From NCBI GenBank assembly GCA_030668875.1, contig DAOVER010000051.1:1-20675 (forward strand): a stretch of 20,675 nt of DNA, read 5' to 3'. The notes below the pieces were generated by a model that was given only the letters and a program-made list of their open reading frames with translations, was not told the DNA's origin and ran no database searches. Origin of the DNA: Candidatus Heimdallarchaeota archaeon (lineage in GTDB: Archaea; Asgardarchaeota; Heimdallarchaeia; Heimdallarchaeales; Heimdallarchaeaceae). Below, piece after piece: positions 8,828-17,160 of this stretch (positions within the stretch are counted from its first letter, which is position 1; each line of letters opens with the position of its first letter). A program made the translations under genes and the position numbers.

Positions 8828-9043
8828 CTTAAGTGTGTCTCCTTTTCTTTTTCCAGTTCAAGTGTTTGAGTGGATTAGTAGTAACCAGAGAGTTTTATCT
8901 CAATGCGTTTATTAATTTTTAGCTTTGAGATTTAATGCACTGTCAAAATTTAGCTATTTAATGTTTTTCATTTCTTTTAATTCCTCTTCATAGAGAGAAA
9001 GTTTTTGAAGAAACAACAATTTCTTACTTTCAGAGGAAAGTAA

Positions 9044-9886
9044 ATGAAAAACCCAGTAACATTCACATCTGATTCGGTTCTATCCTGTGAAAATTACGTT
9101 TCTGCGGATAATCTAAGAAATCTAAAACTTTTCTCTGAAATTGTTAAATCTTTAAGAATAAATCTCTTATCAGTAGATGATTTTAACCTTGATAATGTGA
9201 ACGAATTAATAACTTCAGAAGAAGCACAAGAATATTCTGTAACATCTCTGGTCGAAATATGTAATAAAACTGTAGAAGAAAAATTTGATTTGCTGAATCT
9301 TAAACAAACAATAAGTGACACCATAATTTCTGCGAAATTCGACACACACATTATAATCTCTAGAAAGACACTTGAGGAAGATTCCATAGAAAATCTAAAA
9401 CGTAAATTGTCTGAATTAAGAGATAACTATGAAATTATAGCTGTAAAGTCTGATGATGTTAAAGTTCTCAAGTGGGCTGCACATGATAGGAGAGTAGATT
9501 ATATATCTGTAAATCTAATGTCTAGCAACTTACCAATTGATGAGGCCCTATGTTCTTTAATGAAACAACACAACAAATGTTTTGAACTGATTTTATCTCC
9601 GCTTCTTCTAAGTGATTACAAAGGAGTAAGCATCGCAATTAGATCTGGGAAGAAAATATTCAAAATAATTGGTTCAACCAACACTCAATTCATTCTTACT
9701 ATGAAACCTGAATCCTGTTACCAGCTAAGAAATGGGATTCAGATTAGATATCTAGCTCAATTGTTAGACATCCCCTTCAACAGAAGCAAAATGAGCGTTT
9801 TCGATAATCAATTGCTAATTGCGTTAAAAAATGCAATGAAGCTCAATAAATCGAATATTGTTGATGGTATCAAGGAGGATGACTGA
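9044..9886 (+). CDS. rnp3: RNase P protein component 3 (Rpp30)
   Basis: LKRKLSELRDNYEIIAVKS.D.KV.KWAAHDRRVDYI, IDEALCSLMKQHNKCFELILSPLL and A.S.YQLR-like PESCYQLR. Directly upstream of Pop5. Confidence 0.88.
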   Translation: MKNPVTFTSDSVLSCENYVSADNLRNLKLFSEIVKSLRINLLSVDDFNLDNVNELITSEEAQEYSVTSLVEICNKTVEEKFDLLNLKQTISDTIISAKFDTHIIISRKTLEEDSIENLKRKLSELRDNYEIIAVKSDDVKVLKWAAHDRRVDYISVNLMSSNLPIDEALCSLMKQHNKCFELILSPLLLSDYKGVSIAIRSGKKIFKIIGSTNTQFILTMKPESCYQLRNGIQIRYLAQLLDIPFNRSKMSVFDNQLLIALKNAMKLNKSNIVDGIKEDD

Positions 9887-9887
9887 G

Positions 9888-10220
9888 ATGGTTGTAATCA
9901 CTCGAGATAGATACGTTGTTTTCCAGGTTATATCAAATGAAGATTTACCTGCCCTTTCATCTATAAAATCTAAAATATGGGACGAATACCAAACAATATT
10001 TGGTGTAAATGGAACAACAGGAGCAGGCTTATTTTTTGATAATTACAATGAAGTAGAGGGAACAGGGATAATTCGATGTGAGCATAAAGCTTTATCGAAA
10101 CTAATGGTAATATTATCTAGAATCACAGATATAAACAGTACTGACATAATTTTGATTCCCTTATATACAACAGGATTAGTAAACAAAGCAAAGAGCTATC
10201 TAAAGATATTAGAGAAATAA
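9888..10220 (+). CDS. rnp2: RNase P protein component 2 (Pop5/Rpp14 family)
   Basis: RDRYVVFQVIS, FGVNGTTGAGL, GIIRCEH and TTGLVNKAK. The ATG at 9888 abuts the rnp3 stop and has GGAGG at 9874-9878. Confidence 0.9.
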   Translation: MVVITRDRYVVFQVISNEDLPALSSIKSKIWDEYQTIFGVNGTTGAGLFFDNYNEVEGTGIIRCEHKALSKLMVILSRITDINSTDIILIPLYTTGLVNKAKSYLKILEK

Positions 10221-10253
10221 AAATAATTAAAGGAATATCAGAAGGAAACAGAA

Positions 10254-10736
10254 ATGGAAGATCAAGAAACACCACTCACGTTTAGAAAATTGAACAGACC
10301 TTCTTGGGATGATTATTTCATTCAGATTGCGGAAATTGTGAAAACAAGATCGACTTGTTTCAGAAGACAAGTTGGAGCTGTTCTTGTTAACGATAACAAG
10401 CAAATTATTTCAACTGGCTATAATGGTGTTCCTAGAGGTGTAAAGCACTGTACAATCAAAACTTGTACAAAGCTTTACGAAAAATCTGGAGAAAAGAATG
10501 AGATTTGTCCCGCTGTTCACGCTGAACTTAATGCTATTTTGCAGGCTGCAAGTGCTGGAATAAGTCCCGAGGGTACAACATTGTATTCCACAACTCGACC
10601 ATGTAGTGGGTGTACAATGGCCATTATCAATGTAGGAATAAAACGGGTGGTTTATGTGGAAGATTATACTGATCCAATATTACGTTCCGGATGGTTAGAT
10701 ATACCCGAAGTTAGTTTTGAAAAACATGAAAAATAA
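10254..10736 (+). CDS. dCMP deaminase (cytidine/deoxycytidylate deaminase family)
   Basis: RPSWDDYF, RSTC.RRQVGAVLV, STGYNG, and zinc motifs HAE and PCSGC. Confidence 0.93.
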   Translation: MEDQETPLTFRKLNRPSWDDYFIQIAEIVKTRSTCFRRQVGAVLVNDNKQIISTGYNGVPRGVKHCTIKTCTKLYEKSGEKNEICPAVHAELNAILQAASAGISPEGTTLYSTTRPCSGCTMAIINVGIKRVVYVEDYTDPILRSGWLDIPEVSFEKHEK

Positions 10737-10776
10737 TATGTCATGAATATAAGGAGAAATCCTGATTTCACCCACT

Positions 10777-12339
10777 TTATTGATGAAATGAAACAGTAGC
10801 TGAGTTTATTTTGGTATATTGCAGATTATTTTGAGAATCTACTAGCACTCTTAAAGCTTTGATGATTTCTTCTTGGTAGTAAGAATCCTTATCTGAATGA
10901 TTGATGTTTTTCAATTTTTTGTGATTGATGAATATTGAAGAATCTCCGTGAGAGAAGTCGATTTGAAAAAGACTGGTTTCCGTTACTTCATTTTCTGTTT
11001 CTTTTGATATCTCTCCTTTGATAACTTCATCTTTTTGTAAATCTAGTACAAGATTTGGAGTTAATGTTATGTATCTCTTCACCTGATGAAGTTTAGTTGG
11101 TTTTTCAGATAATTTGATAGTTTTCAAGACCTTCATATCTGAATCGAGAATGTGAATTGTTGAATTGTCTCCAATGCATATCAATCTATTATCATAGTAG
11201 AAAATGCCTTGAATGGATTTTTCGTACAATTTTTTTACATTTAGTTGTTTAAGATTATTAATATCCAAAATGGTGATTCTACCATCTCTGGAAGCAACCA
11301 CAATATTTCTAGGCATAATACATAGACTAGAAACTGGTACAATATTGTCCTTCTTCTTTACTAAGTTTAGTGACTCATCATAGAGATGTATCTCTCCAGA
11401 TTCTAATCCAGCTAGCACTTTATTAGATGATAATAATTTAAGCGAAAGAGGTCTATGTTCTATCTTGTTCTGTAGAATTAATTGTCTAGTATGAAAATCA
11501 CTTTTCCTTAAATGGGGGCTCATTGAACTTAAATATAAAATATTGTTCTTAATTTCTATACCCGTTATGTTTTTACCATGGGGGAAAAAAACATTTCTGT
11601 TCTTTAGTTTCTGTTTATCCCATATAGAAACCATCCCAGCTACATGACCCAATATGATACTATCCTCTGTAGCCTTGCAGATAGTTACAGGGATACCATT
11701 CAGTCTAGTGAACTGATGCAGAATATACCTAGAGTCTCTTCCTTGAAATTCAGTTATATCTTTTGATGCCTTTTTTATAGCTTTTAGTATTGCTGAAGGA
11801 TTGATCAATAAATATTTTACAAATTCTAAATCCTCTGCACTATATATTGAAACTAATCCATCATGGTGTGCTGTGATTATAATATCATCTTCGATGAAGA
11901 ATCTTTCCAAATCAGGAATTTTAATCCTATCAACCAAGATTAGTTTATTGTTTTCTAGTTTCCACTTTTTGAGAAGCTGATCTCTACTCGCACTTATGAT
12001 ATAATCTCTCCAAGGCTTTGCCCCTATAATTGTTGATGAATGTGCTTTTTTTGATTGTAGTAGTTCTAAAGTTTTAAGAGACCAGACCTTGAGTTCTAGG
12101 CTCTGTGACGTAGTGATGAATAAATCTGTATCAGAAATTCTTTGAATATCAGTAATAGCTGAGTTGTGAGCATAAATACAAGCTATTTCTTTTTCTAACT
12201 CCTCATCCCAAATACAGATTCTCCCCTCTCCACCCCCTGTGAAGATTTTACCATCCATTTCTTGAATTACTGTGACTCCCTTTAGGTGTCCTGGTTGATG
12301 ATAAATAATCTCGGTCGCATTAGAAGTTGTTCTGCTCAC
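10777..12339 (-). CDS. WD40-repeat beta-propeller protein (about 11-12 blades)
   Basis: Repeats such as GH.KGVT...IFTGGGEGRICIWD, AHNSAITDI...FITTSQSLELKVWS, AHSSTI...IISASRDQLLKKWK, HGKNITGI and VVASRDGRITILD. GTG start. Confidence 0.88.
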   Translation of the reverse strand: MSRTTSNATEIIYHQPGHLKGVTVIQEMDGKIFTGGGEGRICIWDEELEKEIACIYAHNSAITDIQRISDTDLFITTSQSLELKVWSLKTLELLQSKKAHSSTIIGAKPWRDYIISASRDQLLKKWKLENNKLILVDRIKIPDLERFFIEDDIIITAHHDGLVSIYSAEDLEFVKYLLINPSAILKAIKKASKDITEFQGRDSRYILHQFTRLNGIPVTICKATEDSIILGHVAGMVSIWDKQKLKNRNVFFPHGKNITGIEIKNNILYLSSMSPHLRKSDFHTRQLILQNKIEHRPLSLKLLSSNKVLAGLESGEIHLYDESLNLVKKKDNIVPVSSLCIMPRNIVVASRDGRITILDINNLKQLNVKKLYEKSIQGIFYYDNRLICIGDNSTIHILDSDMKVLKTIKLSEKPTKLHQVKRYITLTPNLVLDLQKDEVIKGEISKETENEVTETSLFQIDFSHGDSSIFINHKKLKNINHSDKDSYYQEEIIKALRVLVDSQNNLQYTKINSATVSFHQ

Positions 12340-12346
12340 AAATATT

Positions 12347-12375
12347 GTAAATCTTAAATGCTAATTAAGATTTAC
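12347..12375. promoter_or_regulatory. Perfect inverted repeat: 11-bp arms, 7-nt spacer (GTAAATCTTAA-atgctaa-TTAAGATTTAC)
   Basis: Arms at 12347-12357 and 12365-12375 are exact reverse complements. The element sits between the sRNA 3' end and the WD40 start codon. Confidence 0.7.
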
Positions 12376-12392
12376 TTTATCGTAATAATATG

Positions 12393-12452
12393 GTGGCTCA
12401 TTTAGTCGTGAGAACATCATTATTCAGTCTGGGACGGTTAAATCACGGCCAC
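12393..12452 (-). ncRNA. Box C/D 2'-O-methylation guide sRNA (two guides, 23S rRNA PTC targets)
   Basis: Minus strand reads GUGGC C [C: GUGAUUU] AACCGUCCCAGA [D': CUGA] AUA [C': AUGAUGU] UCUCACGACUAA [D: AUGA] GCCAC. It has a 5-bp terminal stem, two 12-nt guides and is 60 nt long. Guides pair with conserved 23S CUGGGGCGGU and GUCGUGAGA (rRNA sequences from general knowledge, not from this window). Confidence 0.88.
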
Positions 12453-12514
12453 AGATATCAATTATCTTGCTTTCTTTTATCTATTCCTCTATGAGAGTTG
12501 GAAAAATAGAAAAA

Positions 12515-15500
12515 TCACATTGGAATGAGTCCAATTGTAACTTTGAAATCATCAAATTCCCATTCTTTAATGTGGCCATCTTTAGGCAAGGATAATTTGA
12601 GTTCTGAACTTAAAGTTTCTTCCTTTATGTATTCTGTAAATCTTTCGAGAGCTTTCGAACCAAATTCGTCAGCTTCTATTGTTAATAATATATGTTGTGT
12701 ATATTCTAAATCCAACTCTTTTCTCATTGTTTGAACTCTTCTTATTATGTCTCTCACATAGCCTTCTTGTTTAAGTTCTTCAGTTATGGTTGAATTGAAA
12801 AGCAACAAATAGCCTTCAGCCTCTTCACCAGCAAAACCTTCCTGTACGTCTATTTTGTATTCTAAGTCTTCGGGGGTGAGTTCAAACTCCTCTTTCTTTA
12901 ATTTAAGAAGAATATTTTCTCCTAAACTGAGTTTCTTTACAAATTCATTTGCTTCTTGTGGTTTAAGGTTTTCTAGTTTCACACGTATCTCATTAACGGC
13001 AGATTTTACTTTAGGAGCTAAAACTTTGAAATTAGGTTTAACAACATAGCTAACCATTTCATCTGAGCTCTCTTGAAGAACTACTTTCTTTACATTGAGT
13101 TCCTCTTTGAATAGATTTTCATACTTCATGATTAGTTCCTCTTTACCAAATGGTGTTATAACTATTAATTCAGAAAGAGGTTGTCTTAACTTTATATTAG
13201 CCGAAGATCTTACACTACGTCCTGTAGTAACTAGCCCTATTATCTTGTTCATTTCTTCTGAAAGCTGTGAATCAACCTGTTTTTTGTCAAATTTTGGAAA
13301 TATGTTCATGTGCACACTTATTGGTGCCTCCTTATCCAGGGATTTGACTAGGTTCTTATACAGTGTCTCTGTTAGGAATGGCATAAATGGTGCTAGTAAT
13401 TTTGTTAAAGTTTCAAGCACTTCATAAGTTGTGATATAAGCTGATTTTTTGTCCTGATCTAGCTCAGTTTTCCAGAACCTTCTTCTTGATTGGCGAAGAT
13501 ACCAATTGCTAAATTTATCTAAAACAAATTTCTCAAATGCTTGTACGGCTTGATGAACTATTAGATCTTCCATATTTTCCTCTACAGTTTTTATTAAATA
13601 ATTCAACTCACTTATCATCCATCGATCGAGCTCTGGTCTTTCCTTTAATGGAACTGAAAGGGTAGCTAAATCAAACTGATCTACGTTTGCATTTGAAACA
13701 AAGAAACTGTAACTATTCCAGAGTGTTAGTATTAGTTTCTTCATAGAATCGCTTATGTGAACTGGTTTTAATCTAACACTTGACCATGTAGGATTTGAAA
13801 ATAGATACCATCTAACTGCGTCAGCTCCAAATTGGTCTATAAGATCTTGAGAAAAGATGACATTACCTTTACTCTTACTCATTTTTCTACCATTACCATC
13901 TAAAGTTAATCCCATGGTAAGACAATTCAAGAAAGCTGGTTTATCAAATAGAACGGTACTTATTGCTAATAATGTATAAAACCATCCTCTAGTTTGGTCT
14001 ATGGCTTCAGTGATAAAGTCAAATGGAAAGTGTTTATCAAATAATTCTTTGTTCTCAAATGGATAGTGATACTGTGCAAAAGGTGCGCACCCGGATTCAT
14101 ACCAACAATCTATTACATATGGAACTCTTCTAGCTATTTCATTGCAGTCTGGACATTTGAAGGTTATTTCATCTACCCATGGACGATGTAAACTGAAGCC
14201 TTCAGGTAACGGTTTCCCAGAGAGATCTTTAAGTTCCTTTAGACTTCCTAGTATTGTATGATGATCATTCGAGCATGTCCATATTGGCAAAGGTGCTCCC
14301 CAGAATCGATTTCTGGATAATGCCCAGTCTCTTGCTTCTTTTATGAAGTTTCCAAATCTGCCTTCTTTTAAATGAGCAGGTTGCCAACGTATTTGTTCGT
14401 TATTTGCAACTAATTTTTCTCTCATTTCAGACATTTTAATGTACCATGTTTCAGTAGAATAATATAGCAATGGTCCATCACAGCGATAACAAAATGGATA
14501 TGTATGTTTGTAAGTTCCTTGCTTAAAGAGCAATCCTCTCTCTTTGAGATTCTTTATGATTTTTGGATCGGCTTTTTTAACGAATAAGCCTGCAAAGTCA
14601 GTTATTTCATTAGAGAAAGTACCGTCCTCTAATACAGGATTCATCAATGGTAGTCCATATTTCTTTCCTATTTCTGCATCATCCTCTCCAAAAGCTGGTG
14701 CAGAATGAACGATGCCGGTACCATCTTCTGTTGTAACATAATTCGCTATTGTTACAAAAAATGCTTCCTCTTCAGGGACAATGAATGGGAATAGCTGTTC
14801 GTATCTTTTTCTTTCTAGGTCTTTTCCTTTAAATTTCTTAAGAACTTTATAGTCCTCGAACAGATTTTCAGCATTTGTTTCAGCAAGTATAAATTTTTCT
14901 CCTTCATGCTCTATTTGAACATAATCTATGTCTGGGTGTACTGTCAAACAAATATTTGATATCAAAGTCCAAGGCGTTGTGGTCCATGCAAGATAATATG
15001 TATCATCGAAGTCTAGTGACTTGAATTTGATGAATATCGAAGGATCTGTTGTTTCTCTCATACCTTGTCCTACTTCGTGGGAAGATAGCGGTGTGCCACA
15101 TCTAGGACAATAAGGAACAACTTTGTAACCAAGATACATCAAACCCTTGTTGTATATCTCCTTTAGTGACCACCAGACGCTCTCTATGTAATTCTCATCC
15201 ATGGTGATATATGGGTTATCTAAATCTAACCAGAAACCTATTCTTCTTGACATATCGTGCCATTCTTTAACATATTTGAAGACAGATTTTCTACATGCTT
15301 CATTGAAGTTTCTCATCCCATACTCTTCAATGTCAGATTTATCTGTAAAACCTAATTCCTTCTCAACTTGTAGTTCGACGGGTAGTCCATGACAATCCCA
15401 ACCTGCAATGTATGGTTGAATATCAAAGTCGTGCATGAGTTTGTATCTCAAAAATACATCTTTTGTTGCTCTTGTAAGTGAATGTCCTGCGTGAGGTAAA

Positions 15501-15673
15501 CCATTTGCAGTTGGTGGGCCTTCTAGCCACTTGTATAACTTTTTACCTTTTTTACTTTCTCTCACTTTGTTGAAAACATCGTTTTTTTCCCAAAACTCAA
15601 GTATTTTCTCTTCCTCTTCAGGAAATGAGGGTATTGGTTTTACGGTTTCGAACACTTGTTTCTTCTTATCCAT
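12515..15673 (-). CDS. ileS: Isoleucine--tRNA ligase (IleRS2 / archaeal-eukaryotic type)
   Basis: EGPPTANGLPHAGH (HIGH), GWDCHGLPVE, WTTTPWTL, GTGIVHSAPAFGEDD, DWALSRNRFWG and KMSKS. The ATG at 15673 has GGAGA upstream; the ORF track uses TTG at 15688. A T-rich tract follows the stop. Confidence 0.97.
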   Translation of the reverse strand: MDKKKQVFETVKPIPSFPEEEEKILEFWEKNDVFNKVRESKKGKKLYKWLEGPPTANGLPHAGHSLTRATKDVFLRYKLMHDFDIQPYIAGWDCHGLPVELQVEKELGFTDKSDIEEYGMRNFNEACRKSVFKYVKEWHDMSRRIGFWLDLDNPYITMDENYIESVWWSLKEIYNKGLMYLGYKVVPYCPRCGTPLSSHEVGQGMRETTDPSIFIKFKSLDFDDTYYLAWTTTPWTLISNICLTVHPDIDYVQIEHEGEKFILAETNAENLFEDYKVLKKFKGKDLERKRYEQLFPFIVPEEEAFFVTIANYVTTEDGTGIVHSAPAFGEDDAEIGKKYGLPLMNPVLEDGTFSNEITDFAGLFVKKADPKIIKNLKERGLLFKQGTYKHTYPFCYRCDGPLLYYSTETWYIKMSEMREKLVANNEQIRWQPAHLKEGRFGNFIKEARDWALSRNRFWGAPLPIWTCSNDHHTILGSLKELKDLSGKPLPEGFSLHRPWVDEITFKCPDCNEIARRVPYVIDCWYESGCAPFAQYHYPFENKELFDKHFPFDFITEAIDQTRGWFYTLLAISTVLFDKPAFLNCLTMGLTLDGNGRKMSKSKGNVIFSQDLIDQFGADAVRWYLFSNPTWSSVRLKPVHISDSMKKLILTLWNSYSFFVSNANVDQFDLATLSVPLKERPELDRWMISELNYLIKTVEENMEDLIVHQAVQAFEKFVLDKFSNWYLRQSRRRFWKTELDQDKKSAYITTYEVLETLTKLLAPFMPFLTETLYKNLVKSLDKEAPISVHMNIFPKFDKKQVDSQLSEEMNKIIGLVTTGRSVRSSANIKLRQPLSELIVITPFGKEELIMKYENLFKEELNVKKVVLQESSDEMVSYVVKPNFKVLAPKVKSAVNEIRVKLENLKPQEANEFVKKLSLGENILLKLKKEEFELTPEDLEYKIDVQEGFAGEEAEGYLLLFNSTITEELKQEGYVRDIIRRVQTMRKELDLEYTQHILLTIEADEFGSKALERFTEYIKEETLSSELKLSLPKDGHIKEWEFDDFKVTIGLIPM

Positions 15674-15853
15674 AGTAATCTTCTCCAAAATGTTTGTTAG
15701 AAACTATATACGGCACGCTACAGAGGTTATTCAAAAAATGTTTTGTTTTAGTGAATTTCGCGATCCATCCTAATTCCTCAGTACCTATATTCTCTCCTCT
15801 ATCGACATTTAAAAAGATTCTGTATTTCGATATTGAGGTGTTCTAACCTTATT

Positions 15854-16306
15854 CTATGTAATTATGCCATTTTCTATAAGAAAATATTTGTAATTAGCTT
15901 GCTTGGTAAACGCCCTTAATCTTATTGCTAATTTTATTATATTTGCTGAATCTGTAATAAGCAATTTATTTTCATAGATGGCATTTTTGTCAAATCTCAA
16001 GAAAAAAATATTTTTTCTGGAATCAAATCTGTTCTCGAATTCAGAACCTAAATATTCCTTGTCCTCATCTGACAATCTTGAAGATATATATTTTATTATT
16101 TTATTAATAGCGGCAGTTTTAGTGAAAGATATTTCTATAAATTTGATGGAGTTGCCATAACCCCCCTCTAATATGGATTCAGTAATTATTGCTTGGTTTT
16201 GGTTAATTCCATTTGTAAGATTTGATAATGCAGTCATGTTTTTTTCTTTATCTTCAGTTACATGAACTGAAAAACTAAAAGTGAGTTTGCTTGTTATGAT
16301 ATCCAT
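15854..16306 (-). CDS. COG1325/DUF54 RNA-binding protein (exosome superoperon-associated)
   Basis: SVHVTEDKEK, EGGYGNSI and FFLRFDK motifs; located immediately after rpl15e, as in the conserved archaeal superoperon. Confidence 0.88.
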   Translation of the reverse strand: MDIITSKLTFSFSVHVTEDKEKNMTALSNLTNGINQNQAIITESILEGGYGNSIKFIEISFTKTAAINKIIKYISSRLSDEDKEYLGSEFENRFDSRKNIFFLRFDKNAIYENKLLITDSANIIKLAIRLRAFTKQANYKYFLIENGIIT

Positions 16307-16400
16307 TTCTCTTCAGTAAACAAAAGACTTCTCTTTACAAAAATGAATATTTGCATAGTGAACAAGTATAATTATGTGAAAAACAAAAAGAGAAGTGAGG

Positions 16401-17030
16401 TTAATTTCCTCCTCTTCCATGAGAACGTAGTGATGGTCTAATCTTCTCTGCTCCGTATCCCTTAGTACGAAGACCACGAGATTTTTTAGCAGCACTTGTT
16501 AAACCTCTATGAACCCTTCCTCTATGTACTGGATTTTTAATGTAGAAAACATCATCTCCGCGATGTTCTTTTAATGAAATCCAGCTTGTTCTGGGATCTT
16601 TTGCTATTACTGGATGTTGTGGGTCTATTAGGATAACCTCAAAGAATTTGTGCTTTCCATCTTGACCTACCCAGTAAGAATTTAAGACTTCTAAGTTGCT
16701 ATATCTTCTACCTACTCTTTCTTCTGCGATAACCTTAATACTCTTCTTAGGTGTGATTTTATTTACACCCATGTTTCGAGATTTTCTTCCTCTGACTGGT
16801 CTTTGCTTCCTCCTTCCTCCTCTTCTTACACGAGCTCGAACAACAACGTATCCTTGTTTAGCTTTATAGCCTAAGGCTCTAGCCCTGTCCAGTCTTGTAG
16901 GCCTCTCAACACGTTCAGTAGCCCCCTCTCTTCGCCATTGAATAATTCTTTGGAGCATCAGATCTTTGAATTCTGGAGTTTTACGGTTTTTCCAAAAATC
17001 TCCAATATACTTATACATACTTTTAGTCAT
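16401..17030 (-). CDS. rpl15e: 50S ribosomal protein L15e (eL15)
   Basis: [60 protein letters not shown] and [13 protein letters not shown]. The ATG at 17030 is preceded by GGTGA. Confidence 0.97.
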   Translation of the reverse strand: MTKSMYKYIGDFWKNRKTPEFKDLMLQRIIQWRREGATERVERPTRLDRARALGYKAKQGYVVVRARVRRGGRRKQRPVRGRKSRNMGVNKITPKKSIKVIAEERVGRRYSNLEVLNSYWVGQDGKHKFFEVILIDPQHPVIAKDPRTSWISLKEHRGDDVFYIKNPVHRGRVHRGLTSAAKKSRGLRTKGYGAEKIRPSLRSHGRGGN

Positions 17031-17160
17031 TTTAATCACCTAACAATTCCCGGGTGGACATCTCGTCAGTTAATCTCACATTTTTCATTCTAATTTTAAA
17101 AGTTATGATTTCGTTCTTTTTCAGCAAATATTAAGAAATGCAGTGAAAATCAGTTAATAG

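Noticed and set aside
5811-9387. ORFs 5811-6047, 6817-7005 and 9094-9387
   Set aside because: Antisense to rdgB, tfb and rnp3; no family signal.
12391-12456. tRNA-like reading of the GC-rich island (GTGGC...GCCAC CA)
   Set aside because: No D-loop GG, no TTC T-loop and no cloverleaf; the C/D box architecture explains it fully.
15689-15853. Possible C/D sRNA, attenuator or uORF (MDREIH) in the ileS leader
   Set aside because: There is a single CTGA without proper C boxes or an rRNA-complementary guide, and the uORF is not Ile-rich.
8828-15853. Inverted repeats at the putative inversion breakpoints (atagag..agaa, tttttgaa)
   Set aside because: Short, gapped and AT-rich; expected by chance, so there is no support for an active invertible switch.
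12525-16160. Plus-strand ORFs within ileS and COG1325 (12525, 12855, 13095, 15201, 15531, 15978)
   Set aside because: Antisense shadows of well-supported genes.
16313-16495. 60-aa minus-strand ORF overlapping the rpl15e 3' end
   Set aside because: Out-of-frame overlap with eL15 and no homology signal.
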